NCBI GenBank assembly: GCA_001938485.1 | Contig: MQRK01246857.1 | Coordinates: forward strand, 1 to 63,025 | Source: Girardia tigrina | Lineage: Eukaryota | DNA: 63,025 nucleotides | Direction of reading: 5' to 3' | Shown here: positions 26,505-40,386 of the stretch, in pieces | Position numbering within the stretch: the first letter of the stretch is position 1 | How the letters are laid out: the number at the start of each line of letters is the position of its first letter | Notes under the pieces: model-generated | What the model saw: the letters and a program-made list of their open reading frames with translations, nothing else | Databases searched by the model: none | Told to the model about the DNA's origin: nothing | Made by a program: the position numbers and the translations under genes

Positions 26505-27960
26505 ACTATAATAGAATTATGATTTCAGTGATTCTGTTTGTGTGTCTGTGTGTGTGAAGTTCCCGGAGATCAGTAAAACAAATTTAATTTTTTTTAAATG
26601 AAAAAACAACCGATTGATCCGGAATCTACGCAACGCGGCAATTCCAATGATGTGTCTACACCGCCGATCCGATGAGGGGAAGTCGATGAATCAACGATGA
26701 AAAGGGTCAACATAAATACAAAAAAATCAATCAACAATACAAAACCCAAAGAAGGAAATATGATAAATTTGGATGAAAAATCGATTCATCCTAGACCTAC
26801 TTGATGAGAGGAGTCCGAAAATCTTTCTCTGCCGACGATTAGAGTAGAACTTGGTGAATTCGGTAATAAAGGTATTAATTCATTTAATAAACCAATAAAT
26901 GAATAACATTATATTACTTCCGATCTGCCCCCCCTACAAAAATTATGAAGAAAATTATGAAGAAGATTTTATCAATATAAAAATAATTGATTTATTTAGT
27001 TACTTTATTTATAATTTATTCATGCAATTAATTATGAATTATAAATTTGTGTTGGGGCAGATCGGAAGTCTTTCCGTTTTTGCCGATATGCTTAATATAT
27101 TTAACTAATTATTAATATTATAGTAGAATTATGATTTCTGTCTGTGTGAAGTTCCCGATGATTAAAGCCATTTTTAAAAGTTTCTTCATTTTTTATTATT
27201 AATTTTATTTTTATTTAATTTTTAATTCATTTGTATTTATTAATATAATTAAAAAAATTATTTAAAAAATTAATTACAACAAAATATCATTTTGAAAAAA
27301 ATTTTCTATTTTTAATATTAATACAAATTTTTATTTGAATATTTTTTAAATTGAATTTTTCTGTTCGATTATTTAAATTTAAAAATTTTTATTGATTTAA
27401 TATATTTTTTCAAAAAATAATTAAAGAAAACTACTTTCAAAATTTTGGCATTTTTTTATATTANNNNNNNNNNNNNNNNNNNNNNNNNNNNNNNNNNNNN
27501 NNNNNNNNNNNNNNNNNNNNNNNNNNNNNNNNNNNNNNNNNNNNNNNNNNNNNNNNNNNNNNNNNNNNNNNNNNNNNNNNNNNNNNNNNNNNNNTTTTGA
27601 AAAAAATTTCTATTTTTTAATCATTAATATAAATTTTTATTTGAATATTTTTGAAAAAAAGTAAAAAAATAAGAAAAATATCTTTTTATAATTATAATAT
27701 TTTGTAAAATTGAATTTTTATACGATTATTTAAAATTAAAAATTGTTTTTAATTTTTTTTAATTTTTCAAAATAATTTTTTTAATAATAATAAATAAAAA
27801 ATAGCTTGAAAATTTTTTTGATAATTAAATTTTAATTTAAATTTGTGTGGGGGCAGATCGGAAATCTTTCCGTTTTTCAAGATATACCTAATATATTTAA
27901 CTAATTAATAAAATAATAGAAATTATGATTTCTGTCTGTGTGAAGTTCCCGATGATCAAA
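26505..27960 (+). repeat. Tandemly reiterated repeat module, possibly non-autonomous Helitron-like ends
   Basis: aattatgatttc..tgtgtgaagttccc at about 26515, 27127, 27922. ggggcagatcggaa.tctttccgttttt at about 27054 and 27850; inverted copy acttccgatctgcccc at 26916. Confidence 0.55.
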
Positions 27961-30909
27961 GTGATTCGTTCAAAAGAATTGATTTAATCAATAATAAAAA
28001 ATTAATAAATAAAAAAAATAATTAAAAAGAATGATAAAGAAAAACGTTATTAGCAATATTATAAGTATTTTCTGATTCACTACTTATATACCTTTTCTTC
28101 GCCATTTACCTGTTCCCAGATCAACTATTATTGATAATGATCTGAACAACATTATCAAAAATTGTATGAATACTATTCTCTAAAAGAAAAAGAAAAGACA
28201 AAAAAAAATCCATACTTAAATTTCTCAATCGCGACAATACATATTTTGATCGCCAGTTTCCATATCACAACAAACAATTCCCAGCCCAAAATTGACTTTC
28301 GAAGTATTAAATAATTTATTTTACATTTGAACTCTCTATATTGTTGGCTTTTTCACTCCCTCAGTATTCTTCTTTTTATATTGCTCTTATTTTTATCTGA
28401 CCTTTATTAAAAAATGTTATCGGTTATAATTGTTTCACTTGAACTAATTATTTATTTTTATATTTAATATTTATTGTGAATGTAGTCTCAATGATAAGTC
28501 ATTTGCCATCTAGGTTACTTTTTATTTATTTATTTACTTTTATAATAAATAAAATGGTTCAGTATCAATTACTCATTAAACTACAAATGGTCAAAAATAT
28601 AGATAAATTATGAAGTGCAGAAACTCCGCAAAGAAGATAGGAAGATAATTATTAAAATAACGGATCAATAAAAAAATTGATGTAATGAAAACGAAAATAA
28701 TCAAAGAATACAAATTTTAATTGATTTTTAATTTTTATTGTTCGTATGAATCATGATTTAAATAAAAAATTGTAATTGAAAATTTTTTATTGGTTTTTGC
28801 TTATTTTGTTTTGATTATTTGTAATGTGTTCTTACAATTTAGTCTAAGTGAAAAGCCTAATGATGTAAATATAAAAGTTGTTAAATGTAAAAAATAATTT
28901 TATTACAAGAAGGCCCTCTTCAAAAGGTTTGCGACCCTAGTTCAACTTTAACAAACAAATTTCTTTTATAGAAAAAGGAAGAATAACTAAGACTGTTCAA
29001 AAGCAAACACCACTATATATATTCGTGTTTGTTCCCTCTCCCAACAAATCACAGCAAAAACAACCTCCATTCAATCCAGACCAACCAACGCAACAAAGTA
29101 AAAATGAAAATTATTCAAAAAAATTTCATTCAAAAAATAACGAAATTTTAAAAATCAATTTTGAAAAAAATAACTTAATTTAATTAATGAATATTTTTAA
29201 TGAACTACTTTTTTAATAAAGAAAAAAAAAGTTAATTTGGTGTGTTACAAAGAAATTTATTTTTCAAGCGTTTTTTTCCTGATATTTACAAAAATTCTAT
29301 TTTATTAATGTTCGTAGCGTTTAAACCACTTTCACTATTAACAGATTCAATGCTCATAACTCAACACCAAAATTTTTATACTTAGCACAACAAGAGATTT
29401 TCAAACAAATTTTCCTTTCACTCTATAAATTTTATTCTACTTTAAATTTGTAAAAAAACATTTTAAATTTAAAAATAATTTATTAAATTCTGTAGCATAT
29501 TTTTGAATTTTTATTACTTCAAACTTTTATTATTTTTAAAATGCGTTTATAAAATTATATGACAAATAAAATTAATTTTTCCATTTACATAAACATCTAA
29601 TTTTAAAATTAATTTGTAAAAACTATTAAATTTCTTAAAAATACTTTTTTAGTAGCTTGATATTATAAATTTACGCATTAACCTTTATTTATTTTATTAA
29701 TTCTTTTAAAGTTCTTATTTTAAAAATTTTTACTGAAAATATCAACTTTTAGATTTTTTAGATTTTAAACTCTGTTTTTGTCTTACATAATTATTTACTT
29801 GTTGCAAAATTTTTAAATTAAAAAAAATTAAATTATTTAGTGAATCGAAAATTTTAGCTAAATCTTTATAATTAATTAAATCTATCGAATTCCGAATGAT
29901 GAAGAATATTAATATGTGGAATCTGCATTTCGATTAAAGAACGTCCCTCAGATTTGGTCATTTAGAATTTTTCATGCAGTTACCATCCGCACGTGACTTA
30001 TTAAAAATTACGGGACCCCGAAGAATTATTCGATCTTTCGCCATATCCGGAGTGAAACGATTCCCAGTCGTGAATGAAGCTGGTGAACAGAACCAGTTCA
30101 AAAGATCGTCGAGTGTGATTCGATTCACGATCAAGATGGTTGCTATTCGTCCAATGAACTAAAAGTGGAATGCTCTCGGATTGACTCGGCACTCAAAGGA
30201 ACTGTATTTCCAAACTCGGGAAATACTACTCGGGGCAATACAAGTTGAGTTTAACACATCAACCAAGCTTTCATGATTTCTAGATCGGCTCTACTCGGAA
30301 GTAATGATAATGATAGTTTCACAATTATAGTGACAACAAGCCGTTATATGAATTTGAAATAAGATAAAATGAAAAGTTAGATTTTACTTAGAGAAAGATT
30401 TATATTTAAAAAGTTAAATTTTATTATAAAATTTTATTTTTTAATTTTCGGTTTGTTTTAGGTGAAAGAAAAATGATAACGAGAGATTGAATTAATAAAG
30501 AGATTATTAAATCGATTTCGTTTTTAATTGATATTTCGTGTTGAATACAAAACATAAACATGATCCCTGATTACTGGATTGCTAGATCATTGGATAAGAA
30601 AAATTACAGATGTAAACTCTTAAAAAGCCATAAAAGAATTCAATAACAAATATGAAATAAAAATTGTTGGGGTTCCTTTTGGTGAACTTTAAATTTTTGA
30701 TATTTTTTAAAAATCATATTTGTATTTTAAGTAAATTAAAAATATTGTTTGATTAATTAAAATGAAATAATTCTTTAAAATAAAAACCTTTTAAAGTCTT
30801 AAAAAAAAGAACGAGCTCATTCTTTAAATTTTTGGAAATAATTAATTGTTATAAATAATCTCTAAAATAAAAAAAGTATTTAAAATCAAAAGTTTTAAAC
30901 AGTTATTAG

Positions 30910-32097
30910 TAGAGAGCGGAATAATTACGGTAAACCGTAACCGTAAAAAAACCCGTATTTTTGCGACTGAAAATGAAAAAGCCGTAAATTCTAATCTTGA
31001 TAAATAAACCAGTAATTACGACATTTTTNNNNNNNNNNNNNNNNNNNNNNNNNNNNNNNNNNNNNNNNNNNNNNNNNNNNNNNNNNNNNNNNNNNNNNNN
31101 NNNNNNNNNNNNNNNNNNNNNNNNNNNNNNNNNNNNNNNNNNNNNNNNNNNNNNNNNNNNNNNNNAAAATTTTATAATAATGGTAAATTTATCTAAATAT
31201 AAAGCACTAACTGATTTAATACGTGCGAATAGTGATTTTCAAATAAGAAATGATAAAGTATTTTGTCAAATATGCACGAAAGGATTTAAATATTGGCCAA
31301 AAGAAGGAGTTGCACCACTGACGAAGCATTTGAGGTCATTAACACATATATCTGCCAAGAAAATTAAAAAAAAATTGTACAAAATTAGATTCTTTTATAG
31401 CAGATTTTAAAAGAATTTTTATTAAAAATAAAAATAATCAGGAGGAATTTATCAAAAATACACAAATAAAGCTGCCAAAATTCCCTGTTTTGACAAGGTG
31501 GGGTACATGGATTGAATGTGCATCGTATATATTTAAAAACCATGTAATACTTTTGAATTTTTTCAATTCAAACCCAACCATTTATTGCCAACTAAGTACA
31601 ATAATAATCAATCAACTACGATTTGTGAACAACTGTCAATTTATAACAGAGGCAATAAATAAACTTTAAAATGAAGCAATTCGAACGGAAGAACAGGTCA
31701 AAATTTTATTGGAAGTAATTTCCAAAGTGCATGAAGATAACGATGTAGTACTGGTAAAGAAAATGAGTGCATTGATAAAAAAGAATCCAGATTTAAATTT
31801 CTTTTTAACATATAATGTGGGATTGAAGAAAAATTATTTGAATATGTTCCACTTGTTTCTGCGTCAACTGAAAGATCTTTTTCACTTTTAAAAATTTTGT
31901 TCACTGAAAGAAGAACCAATTTAACCCCAGATAATCTCGAAAAGTTGTTAATTTTGTATTACAACAAATAAATGTTTTATGTTGGTATTTTTCATTTCAT
32001 TATATTTTACCGTAATTAATACCGTAATTTTACCTTATTTTTACCGGAAATTATACCGGAAATTTGACATTTTTTACCGTAATTATTCCGCTCTCTA
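30910..32097 (+). mobile_element. hAT-superfamily transposon, internally deleted
   Basis: Perfect 25-bp TIR tagagagcggaataattacggtaaa; perfect 8-bp TSD gttattag; zinc finger CQIC...KHLRSLTH, PVLTRWGTW, SASTERSFS..RRTNL. Confidence 0.93.
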
Positions 32098-32739
32098 GTT
32101 ATTAGTAAAAAATATCTTAATTAATTTTAAAAATTAATTTCATAAATATTTGAATTTTAATTGTTTTGCATTTATTTTAAGAGTTATTCAGAAGAATTTT
32201 TTGTTAAAATTTTTGTTGTCAGAGATGTAATAAAAAAAAGATAATTTAAAGTTAAAAGGCAGTTGGAAATTCTGCAAATTAAAATTCGATAAATAATAGA
32301 TAAAATATAGATATATGTTGTATCTCAGCAGAGGCTTTTTTGTTTTTGAGATCAGGGAACTCATCCCTTATAACATCATTAATGAGTGGATTCATACCAG
32401 CGTTCAGTTTGGCTTCCTGATCGATCAGATCTTCCGAAGTACTCGAATTCAATTCTCGGTGTTTCATCAATTTCTTTTGTTTAGCATAGTCGAGGATACA
32501 GAGGACCGAAGTGCAGTTGTCGTAATTTGGGAATTGAAAAAACTTCGAAATATCTTTTTCGTTTAGTTTCTTCTCGGAACATCGATCTGATTTGTTCAGT
32601 TTTACTTTCATTGTCGGGTGGGAATTTTTATTTGATTGATTGATACCCATTTTACGGGCAATATTGTCGAGGTTCTCGGTGACATCGGGATCATTTGAAT
32701 TGTAATTCGAATCGTTAGACACATCATTGTTGTTGAACA

Positions 32740-33825
32740 GCCAGTCAGTAAATTTACACTCTAATCTCATTAAAAATTATTGATTCTGTCACGTTTTTCC
32801 TTATGGTTTAATGAAGAAATAAAAGATGGATTTTTGTATACTTGATTAATCTTCGGATCCAATAAATAACTAGTTTGATATTTCAATATTGCAGTAAATA
32901 GGTTCCATATACTGAACTCCGGTCAATAAGAATCAAAGAATTTCACACATGAATTCTCAGTTTGCCATCTGGAGTTAGCCCATTTTTGCCATATATCAAC
33001 ATATTTGAAAAATTAAATTACAGTTATCTCTTTTAACCTATTTAAATTTTACACATAGTAATAGTTTCTAAAAAGTCTATTAGATGACACTACATATATT
33101 AGAATGCAAAAAAGCGTGATTCTCACTTGTTTCTAGAAACAAAACAACAATAAAAAATTTTTTTTCAAAAATAATAATTTGGACTAGAAAGGGTTAAATG
33201 ATAAATTGGTCGCTTTACTAATATGAATTCGATGGTCCTAAAATGAACCAATATCAATAACATTTTAAAATAATTTATCATCTTTTTTAATCATAAAAAG
33301 TCGCATAATATAAAGAAAGTTATCCAAAAATGTATCACAGAATTAGAAGTAAATATAAAACTTCCTTTTTTGCCAGATGTTCTTATCATTAAATCAACTT
33401 TATTCGAATTTCTCATATACATACAATGATTTATTACATCGTGACTCGTGTAGGTCATACAGATATTTAAATAGAATATTTTATGCGTCAGTGTTATTTT
33501 AATAATATTCTTTGCGATGTCCTGAATGTCAGCTGGAAGTAAACTCAAATTACCGATAATCCTCACGCAAACATCGTATTTTTTTCAGAAGATGTATTTC
33601 GTCTATTAATCTTTGAATTTTTTCTCTAACCATATTCATTAAATATGTAACTTCGTCAATATCTCTTTTGAAATTATTTATCAAAAACGCGAAAACAAAC
33701 TAACTTAATACCAAATTTTATTTCTTTTATATTGATGTCGAGACACCATTTCAAAATTTCAGCCAATTTTTTAAAACCAAATTTATGGCCGTCCATAATA
33801 ATTGTCACGTGATTCGGATTTGTGT
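32740..33825 (-). pseudogene. DHDDS: DHDDS (cis-prenyltransferase) pseudogene, interrupted
   Basis: PNHVTIIMDG, GFKKLAEILKWCL, FAFLINNFKR..EV..LM, VCVRIIGNLSLLP, YLNICMTYTS, DLMIRTSG, LCDFL, WQT..S....FDSY*PEFSIWNLFTAILKYQ and RINNF/MRLECKFTDWL are colinear with DHDDS. Carries stops, frameshifts, deletions and a MITE insertion. Confidence 0.9.
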
Positions 33826-34009
33826 TCACAATTTGATAATTATAGGGAGAGGGTGATGTGTGAAGCATTGTTGATCAAATCTTTTGATCCTAAAATCAAT
33901 GTCCAAACACCATCCTCTTCAACTTTATTGAAAGTATTTTCATGATTTAAATGACATAATGATTATATAAACATTGCTTTGATATGTAAACGCGAGTATA
34001 TCATTGTTA

Positions 34010-34057
34010 ATTCAGTCTGATGATGACGGTCGATCCGTCGAAATTAATCAGAATAAA
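34010..34057 (+). ncRNA. Minimal type I hammerhead ribozyme motif, intact core (Penelope family B remnant)
   Basis: attcagt-CTGATGA-T-GACGG(tcgat)CCGTC-GAAA-TTAA-TC|agaat, overlapping an AATAAA. Predicted cut after 34049; stem I has a 2-nt bulge. Confidence 0.8.
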
Positions 34058-37000
34058 TTCTGATGATCGTTTTTTGTTTTTTAATTATTGATTAATTACA
34101 TCATTTTTTTGCAAATGGGTATTGTATGCAATTATTAATTAATGTTGCTTCTTAGAAGCAACAAGGCCTTCAATACAAATGAATAATAATTAGAATATCC
34201 TTTGTATGATTTCATTATCAATTAATGTAAGAGCACATCGAATGACAGATATTTTCAAATGATTTACTGTTATTTACCGAGAAAAAAAGAGCAAAAAGAT
34301 TCTCTTTCTTACATTTTACTTTGACAAACGTACTCTTTAAACAGAAAGAAAGAAAGAAAACTTTACATTCATTTAGTTGTCTCTCGTTTTTCTTGCTTAT
34401 TTACCGCGAAGAAATTTATTTGAGAAAGAAGATCTAAAAAAAAGAAAACAATAATTAAAGAAAACAGTTTAATTGATATATTACAATATTTAATGACATT
34501 TATTGTTGAGGTTGAGCAAATTCTTTTTTGATTAATGATGAAAAATTAAATTTATTAGAGTAATTTCTCAAAATAATGAAAATAATAATATTAATAATAA
34601 TAATAATAATAATATTTTTAATTTGAGCTCATTGAAAAAAGTATGTCATAAAAGGATTATAAAAAACGCCAATTCATTTCACATGTCCTTAATGGGATTA
34701 ATATTATTTATTAACTTTAAGTTCTATATTTATTTGCTTAAATTATAAAGTAGACCTTAAAAACCTTACATTTGAGAGAACTGAACTTCTCAGAGCTGCA
34801 AGGAAGTGCGGTGAGACATTCCAGTTGAACTCCTGTAACCGTTGTCCACTGAAAAAAGCAGTGTAAGGTCTGATGAAACAACTATTTTCAGTAGATATAT
34901 TTAGTTAAAAAAGGCTTTTAAATAAGTGGGGAAAATGTTTATTGTAAATAAATTGTCCCGATTAGGACAGAATGTAAAAAACCCAATAAAAAGCTTTTGA
35001 TGTTGCTTGGCTGTCAAGCTAGACTAAGACTATGACCTTTTGCGTTTTTTTCATATCCTACTTACTTTTCATCACCACTTATGAATCTTTAAAACTTGAT
35101 CATCTTTTATACGCTTCACAAATAATTTGCAAGAACTGGCACATTATAAGAAAAATAAACTTCCTTCGGTTTATTGATATCTTTACAGTAAACAATCTGC
35201 TATGTTCATTAATCAACATTTGTTTTGATACATTTAATTGTTAATTATTTAGTTTTATTAATTATTTTTATCAATTTATTAATGAAGATAATGTAAATTA
35301 ATATTGTATAGTTCATTATTCTAAAATTAATTTGATTTTCTATAAAAACATTTATAAATTTTAGTTTTTAAAAGGAAAAAAATGAGTCTTATAAAATAAA
35401 AAAATAATTATATTTTTTATATCCAAATAATTATTTTAATTTAACATTTTCTGTAACAAAATTCAATTTTTTTCAGAGACGAATTGAAAAATAAATGTTT
35501 TAAAATTTAACATTTTTTATAATAGTTAAACGTTGCAAATTGTACAATACTAAAAATTAGAACATATAATATATAATCACAAATTTATTAATGTAAAAAA
35601 TATAATAAATATTTACAAAGTCGATTTGTTCAAATAAATATAAATCATTATGTCAAAAAACTTTCATTTTTTGTATTTTATAAAATTTATTATATAACTA
35701 TCCTAGAAAATAATTTTACAAATTATTATCTCTCATAAAATGAAAACAAGTCAAAAAATGGGTCTAAAAATTATGTGAAAAAATAATCCTTTTCCATTAT
35801 GAAATTTAGATCTATTATAAAAACATAATAAATTTTTGATTGGATAATATTTACTTTATATTTTCGAATTTATTTCTAATTTGTCTTTTATAACATTTTT
35901 TTGTACATAATATTTTAGGTAAATTTGTAAATAAATGTGATAAAAATCCAAATGTAATATTTAATTTATTAAAAAGCTAAAAATTATTATTTTTTATTGT
36001 AATATTATCACATATTTTTCAATTCAAACAAATCAGAATTAGTTTGAAAAATAATCTTAATTATTGATTATAAATAATTATGATTATGATTAATATTATT
36101 ATTATTATTACTATTACTATTTTTAATATTATTATGAGATAAATTAATATTTGTAAATAATAAATGCAAATAACTTATCTTCAAATTTAATTAGACATGG
36201 TTCAAAGACATTAATATATTTTAACTCTCCTAGTTTAGACATGCGATTTTATAAAATGACAAATTTGTTTAAATATTATCAGAAATCGCGTGAAAATTGA
36301 ATATATTGTATTTTAATACATTTCGGTTGTATTGCAGTTTTTCTATTATCTAATAATATTATTATTACTAATATTATTATTATCTTTTAACAATATCTTT
36401 GCAAAACATTAATTTTATATCCGAATCAATAAATTGGATATATGCTTTCAAATCTATTGATAGTGAGAAAAATATAGTAATAATAATATAATCATAATTT
36501 TAAAATTAAGTTTAAAACTAATTGGCGGGGTGATTACTAAAAATAAGATAATTCAAGTTCAAAAACTTTAAGAAAAAGAAAATGTAAAACAGAAATAAAA
36601 TTTATAGAAATGACAGGAAATAAAAAAATGTTTACCAAACCTAAATTTTCCAAACAAAACTTTTTCATATACTCTCATCAACCAAAATGTTTTAGGGAAA
36701 TGTTCGTAGGTGAAGAACGGCGTACTGTAAATAGTTGTCTTAGTAGTGTCATTGGCAAAAGGTTTGTTATATAACATTTTACTCTTCCCTCAAAAACTTG
36801 ATCCATTACGTGAAACATATAATTGTATCAAGTTTTTCTATTTTTATATAATTAATTTTTTTATTTATCAATCCAATTTAACAATTAATTTAATTGAAAA
36901 CTACATGCTTCATATTGTAATATGATTTTAATTCTGAAGTACCACTTCTAAAATTAAATTTTAGTTTTTTTATTTATATGAACGAGGTATATGTTTGTAA

Positions 37001-37221
37001 TGTAATCAAGAAAAATATTATTGATGTCGAAATAAAATAAAATAAATTTTTAAATCAAAAACTCATCGAAGAAAAATGCATAATTTATGAAATATTAAGA
37101 TTGAACAGATATGGAATTTTATTATTCGTGATTATAAATAATTTTGCATTTACTTTTCCAAAGGGATTAACATTATCTTATTAAAAGAAATTTTAGATTT
37201 TTTATTTAAGTTTTAATTTTA

Positions 37222-37278
<57 letters not shown>

Positions 37279-37348
37279 NNNNNNNNNNNNNNNNNNNNNN
37301 NNNNNNNNNNNNNNNNNNNNNNNNNNNNTATATATATATATATATATA

Positions 37349-38020
37349 AATTTATGAAAAATAATTAATTCATTATTTTACACATTTTTGAAGTTTCATA
37401 CTCCATCAACAGCAATTATAATCTAATTTATAAAATATTTGAATGTTAATTTTCATGAAGATGTTTAAAATTTAAATTAATTATTTAAAAACATAACTGA
37501 ATAATAATTAAAAAAATATTTTTCTAATTTAATTAAAGATTTTAAAATTGGAAACGACTTTATTTTGTCTATTTTTAATGTAGTGTATTATTTCGGTTGA
37601 AGTGTCTCATAAATAATAATTCACAGAACTATCACTAATATGTGAATTAAAGCCTTTCTGTAGAATAAAAGATTTTTCTTTTGAAATAAAAAAGATTCTA
37701 ATTTTGGAATGTAACCAATGATCATGCACCTTACTTGATCGACTCGATTGTGAATGCTCACTATTCCGGGTTTTGAGATGACGATTTGTTAAATGAATGT
37801 TGTCAACTGCGACAATTAAATTTATAAAACATATTAGATTTCACTCTATTAGATACACATTCTTTTTGATTTGTATGATAGGAAGCCTTGAACTTTGTAT
37901 TGTTATTGGAAAAACTTTGTAGCAAACTATATTCTTGCACTTATTAAAGATTTTAAAGCCTTCATTATTTGATATTGTGATAAATAATTTGTGTTCTTTA
38001 ATGTTTTTTCTTTCAACCTT
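37349..38020 (-). mobile_element. Penelope family A relic with degenerate hammerhead (37377-37417)
   Basis: Minus strand CELLFMRHFN...KVVSNFKIFN* is homologous to 124-216. Hammerhead-like attg-CTGtTGA-T-GGAGT..ACTTC-aAAA; abuts (TA)n. Confidence 0.7.
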
Positions 38021-38076
38021 TTCTTAACCCTTATTTATGTACATAAACTGCCAAAAGTAACCCCAATGTTATGAGC

Positions 38077-38500
38077 CAGGTGCGTAGCCAAGGGGGGTGA
38101 TTGGGTGGATTTCCACCCCCCTGATAAAATGCCCTAAAAATTGTTTAAAAAAATTATTACGAAAAACAAAACTTAGAGGAACGGGACCTCTCATTTTCCC
38201 CCCAATTAAAATCCAATTGGGCGTTCCCATTTTAATCCACGTTTTCGGCCCTACTGGCGAGGCTGAAAACAAAGATTAATATAGAAACCCTTGATTGGAT
38301 TTTAATCGGGGAGAAAAAAGGAGGTCCAAAGAACGTTTAAGGAGCTTAAGGATCGTTTAAGTTTAGAAGGTTTAAATCGGGAGACACCCCCACCCCTGAA
38401 AAAATTAAAACATAATTAGCCACCCCAATTATATTTAAGATTGCTAGATCTTTCAGGAATTTTTTTCCACCCCCCCTCTGCAATTCTGGCTACGCCGCTG
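38077..38500. mobile_element. hAT-type MITE
   Basis: TIR caggtgcgtagcca / tggctacgccgctg; perfect 8-bp TSD ttatgagc. Confidence 0.9.
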
Positions 38501-39509
38501 TTATGAGCTATCTGTTTGTTTGTGTACATGTAGTCATGGAGGTGTTCTTAAAGAATATTTAAACTATGATCTGCGATTTTAAAATTGAAAGACAAATTAT
38601 AGTCTCTATTAAATACTTTATCGGGCTTAAATTCGTCTTCAGCCTAGAATTCATTTTAATTAATTGTGTAAGTATAAACCGTTTCTGAATAATTTTATTT
38701 ATTGTTTATTCATGCCAGAATATCCAACAAATACGTATCACTTTTACAACTACACCTTAATATACTGAAATAAAAGTGCTCTAAATTGGAAAAGATTATA
38801 TAAAAAATATTTTAATTCTACAAGATCGGTTAACTAAATACAAATAAAATTAAAAAAAAATAATAAAATCTTTTTAAATCAACAAATATTATTACTAAAA
38901 ATTATTTACCAAAAAGAAATAAAATAATTTTTTTAATTAAACAAAAAAGTAAATTAAGACAAATTAAACAGGAAAAAAAGTTAAAATGAAATAGAAAAAA
39001 AAACTTTTGATAATTATAAAATTTTCCAATATTTTCAAAAGACAAAAAATATGAAAATTTCCAATCATAATAAAAATTATTTCATGACCCCTAAAAATAA
39101 AAATCTATTTGAGATTTTCAGTTGTTGATTAAACAAAATTTTTTGGAAAAACATGTGAGAAATTTTTGATTATATCCGGAATGTTTGATAAAAGGAATAA
39201 CTTTTATGTGAAGGAAAATCTAAATTTAAATAAGGAAAAAATATTTTTTTCAAGTATTTTAATTTCCAATTTAGATATGTAAATATTTGATATGTTTATC
39301 GACTTTTAAAGTGGAATTAAAGTAAAATGTTTTATTGGAAATAATATAAGACAAAAATAATCTTAGCTTTAAGACCATGACTTAATCATCGCAGTCGAGG
39401 AAAAATAAATATTATTTTTATATTTAAAAGTTTAGAAGAACTTCAAATTAATTTAGGTATACTTTTTTCTTATTTTTCAATAAAAAATTAGTAATTTATA
39501 ATATAAAAA

Positions 39510-40190
39510 TAATTTAATGTGGGCTTCCCATCTCTTTAGAATGGTACTGAGCCACTAGGCTTTTTAGAGAGTACACCCAAACTAAAGTGTGCTAGCTGCC
39601 CCCGATAGGCCTCCTGCGGAGTCGAATCGCTTCAGTGGACTTAGCACAGGCGCAAAAGGGACATTTGAACTCTCCCCTCGCTGTTGAGTCAGTGATCCTA
39701 AAGGTAAAGTGCGTATCTTCGGGATTAATCTTTCGCTCCACCACCATTGAGATAGTCGGAGGTTCTGTCGCTAACCGAGGATTGGTAGTTGGTATATCCT
39801 GTGGTGTGTCTGCTTCCGTTGTATTGCTTCTTTCATTTGTTGCACTTGTTGTCAGTTGAATTTGATTTTTTTCCTCTGTGTTTATGTCTACTCGGTGATC
39901 CTTATTCAGATGTCTTATTAGTCATCTTCTTGTCTTATAGCTTTTGTTGCATTTAAACTTGTTAGCTACGTCCGGTTCTTCCTGATCACATCTCTATGTG
40001 ATCCCTCTTCATGTGTCTGTTATGTTCCTTTGCTTCCGCAAACTCTTTGAAGCAGTCGTCTATAGGGCATTGAATTATCTTCTCTCTCGGACAGATAAGT
40101 TTAGGTAAACTTGTTGTTGCCCTTTCCGATCATCCTTTCCTAATGAGTCCAGCTATGTATGTGCTCTGTGAAAAAGTGGGGTCTAGGTGA
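39510..40190 (-). mobile_element. GC-richer relic encoding C2H2 zinc fingers, probably N-terminus of an R2/NeSL-like non-LTR element
   Basis: IQCPIDDCFKEFAEAKEHNRHMKRDH, FKCNKSYKTRR*LIRHLNKDH, FKCPFCAC on the minus strand; no RT seen. Confidence 0.5.
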
Positions 40191-40339
40191 AAAATGTTTC
40201 ATGATCGACTTGGATCCATTCTAAACTTTTGTTCAGACTGATTCCTGAAGAATTAGATGGTTTTTTAAAATTATAATTGTCAATTTTCTTTTCTTTTTAA
40301 ATTGTTTCCAAAAAGCAAAAAACCTGATACTTTTTGCGC

Positions 40340-40384
<45 letters not shown>

Positions 40385-40386
<2 letters not shown>

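Noticed and set aside
29974-30162. ORF with RFPVVNEAGE resembling a transposase VVND.AER motif
   Set aside because: Single weak motif; no termini found.
33704-33721. 18-nt insert in DHDDS (ataaaatttggtattaag) as an ultra-short intron
   Set aside because: No GT donor, and it closely resembles ataaatttggttttaaa about 60 nt upstream, so a local duplication is equally likely.
34868-34892. CTGATGA as another hammerhead
   Set aside because: No stem II or GAAA; it reads SDETTI, the first catalytic motif of a Tc1 relic.
36660-36830. Possible M13 peptidase fragment (SCLSSVIGKRFV..HF..SK)
   Set aside because: Too short and interrupted by stops to support by eye.
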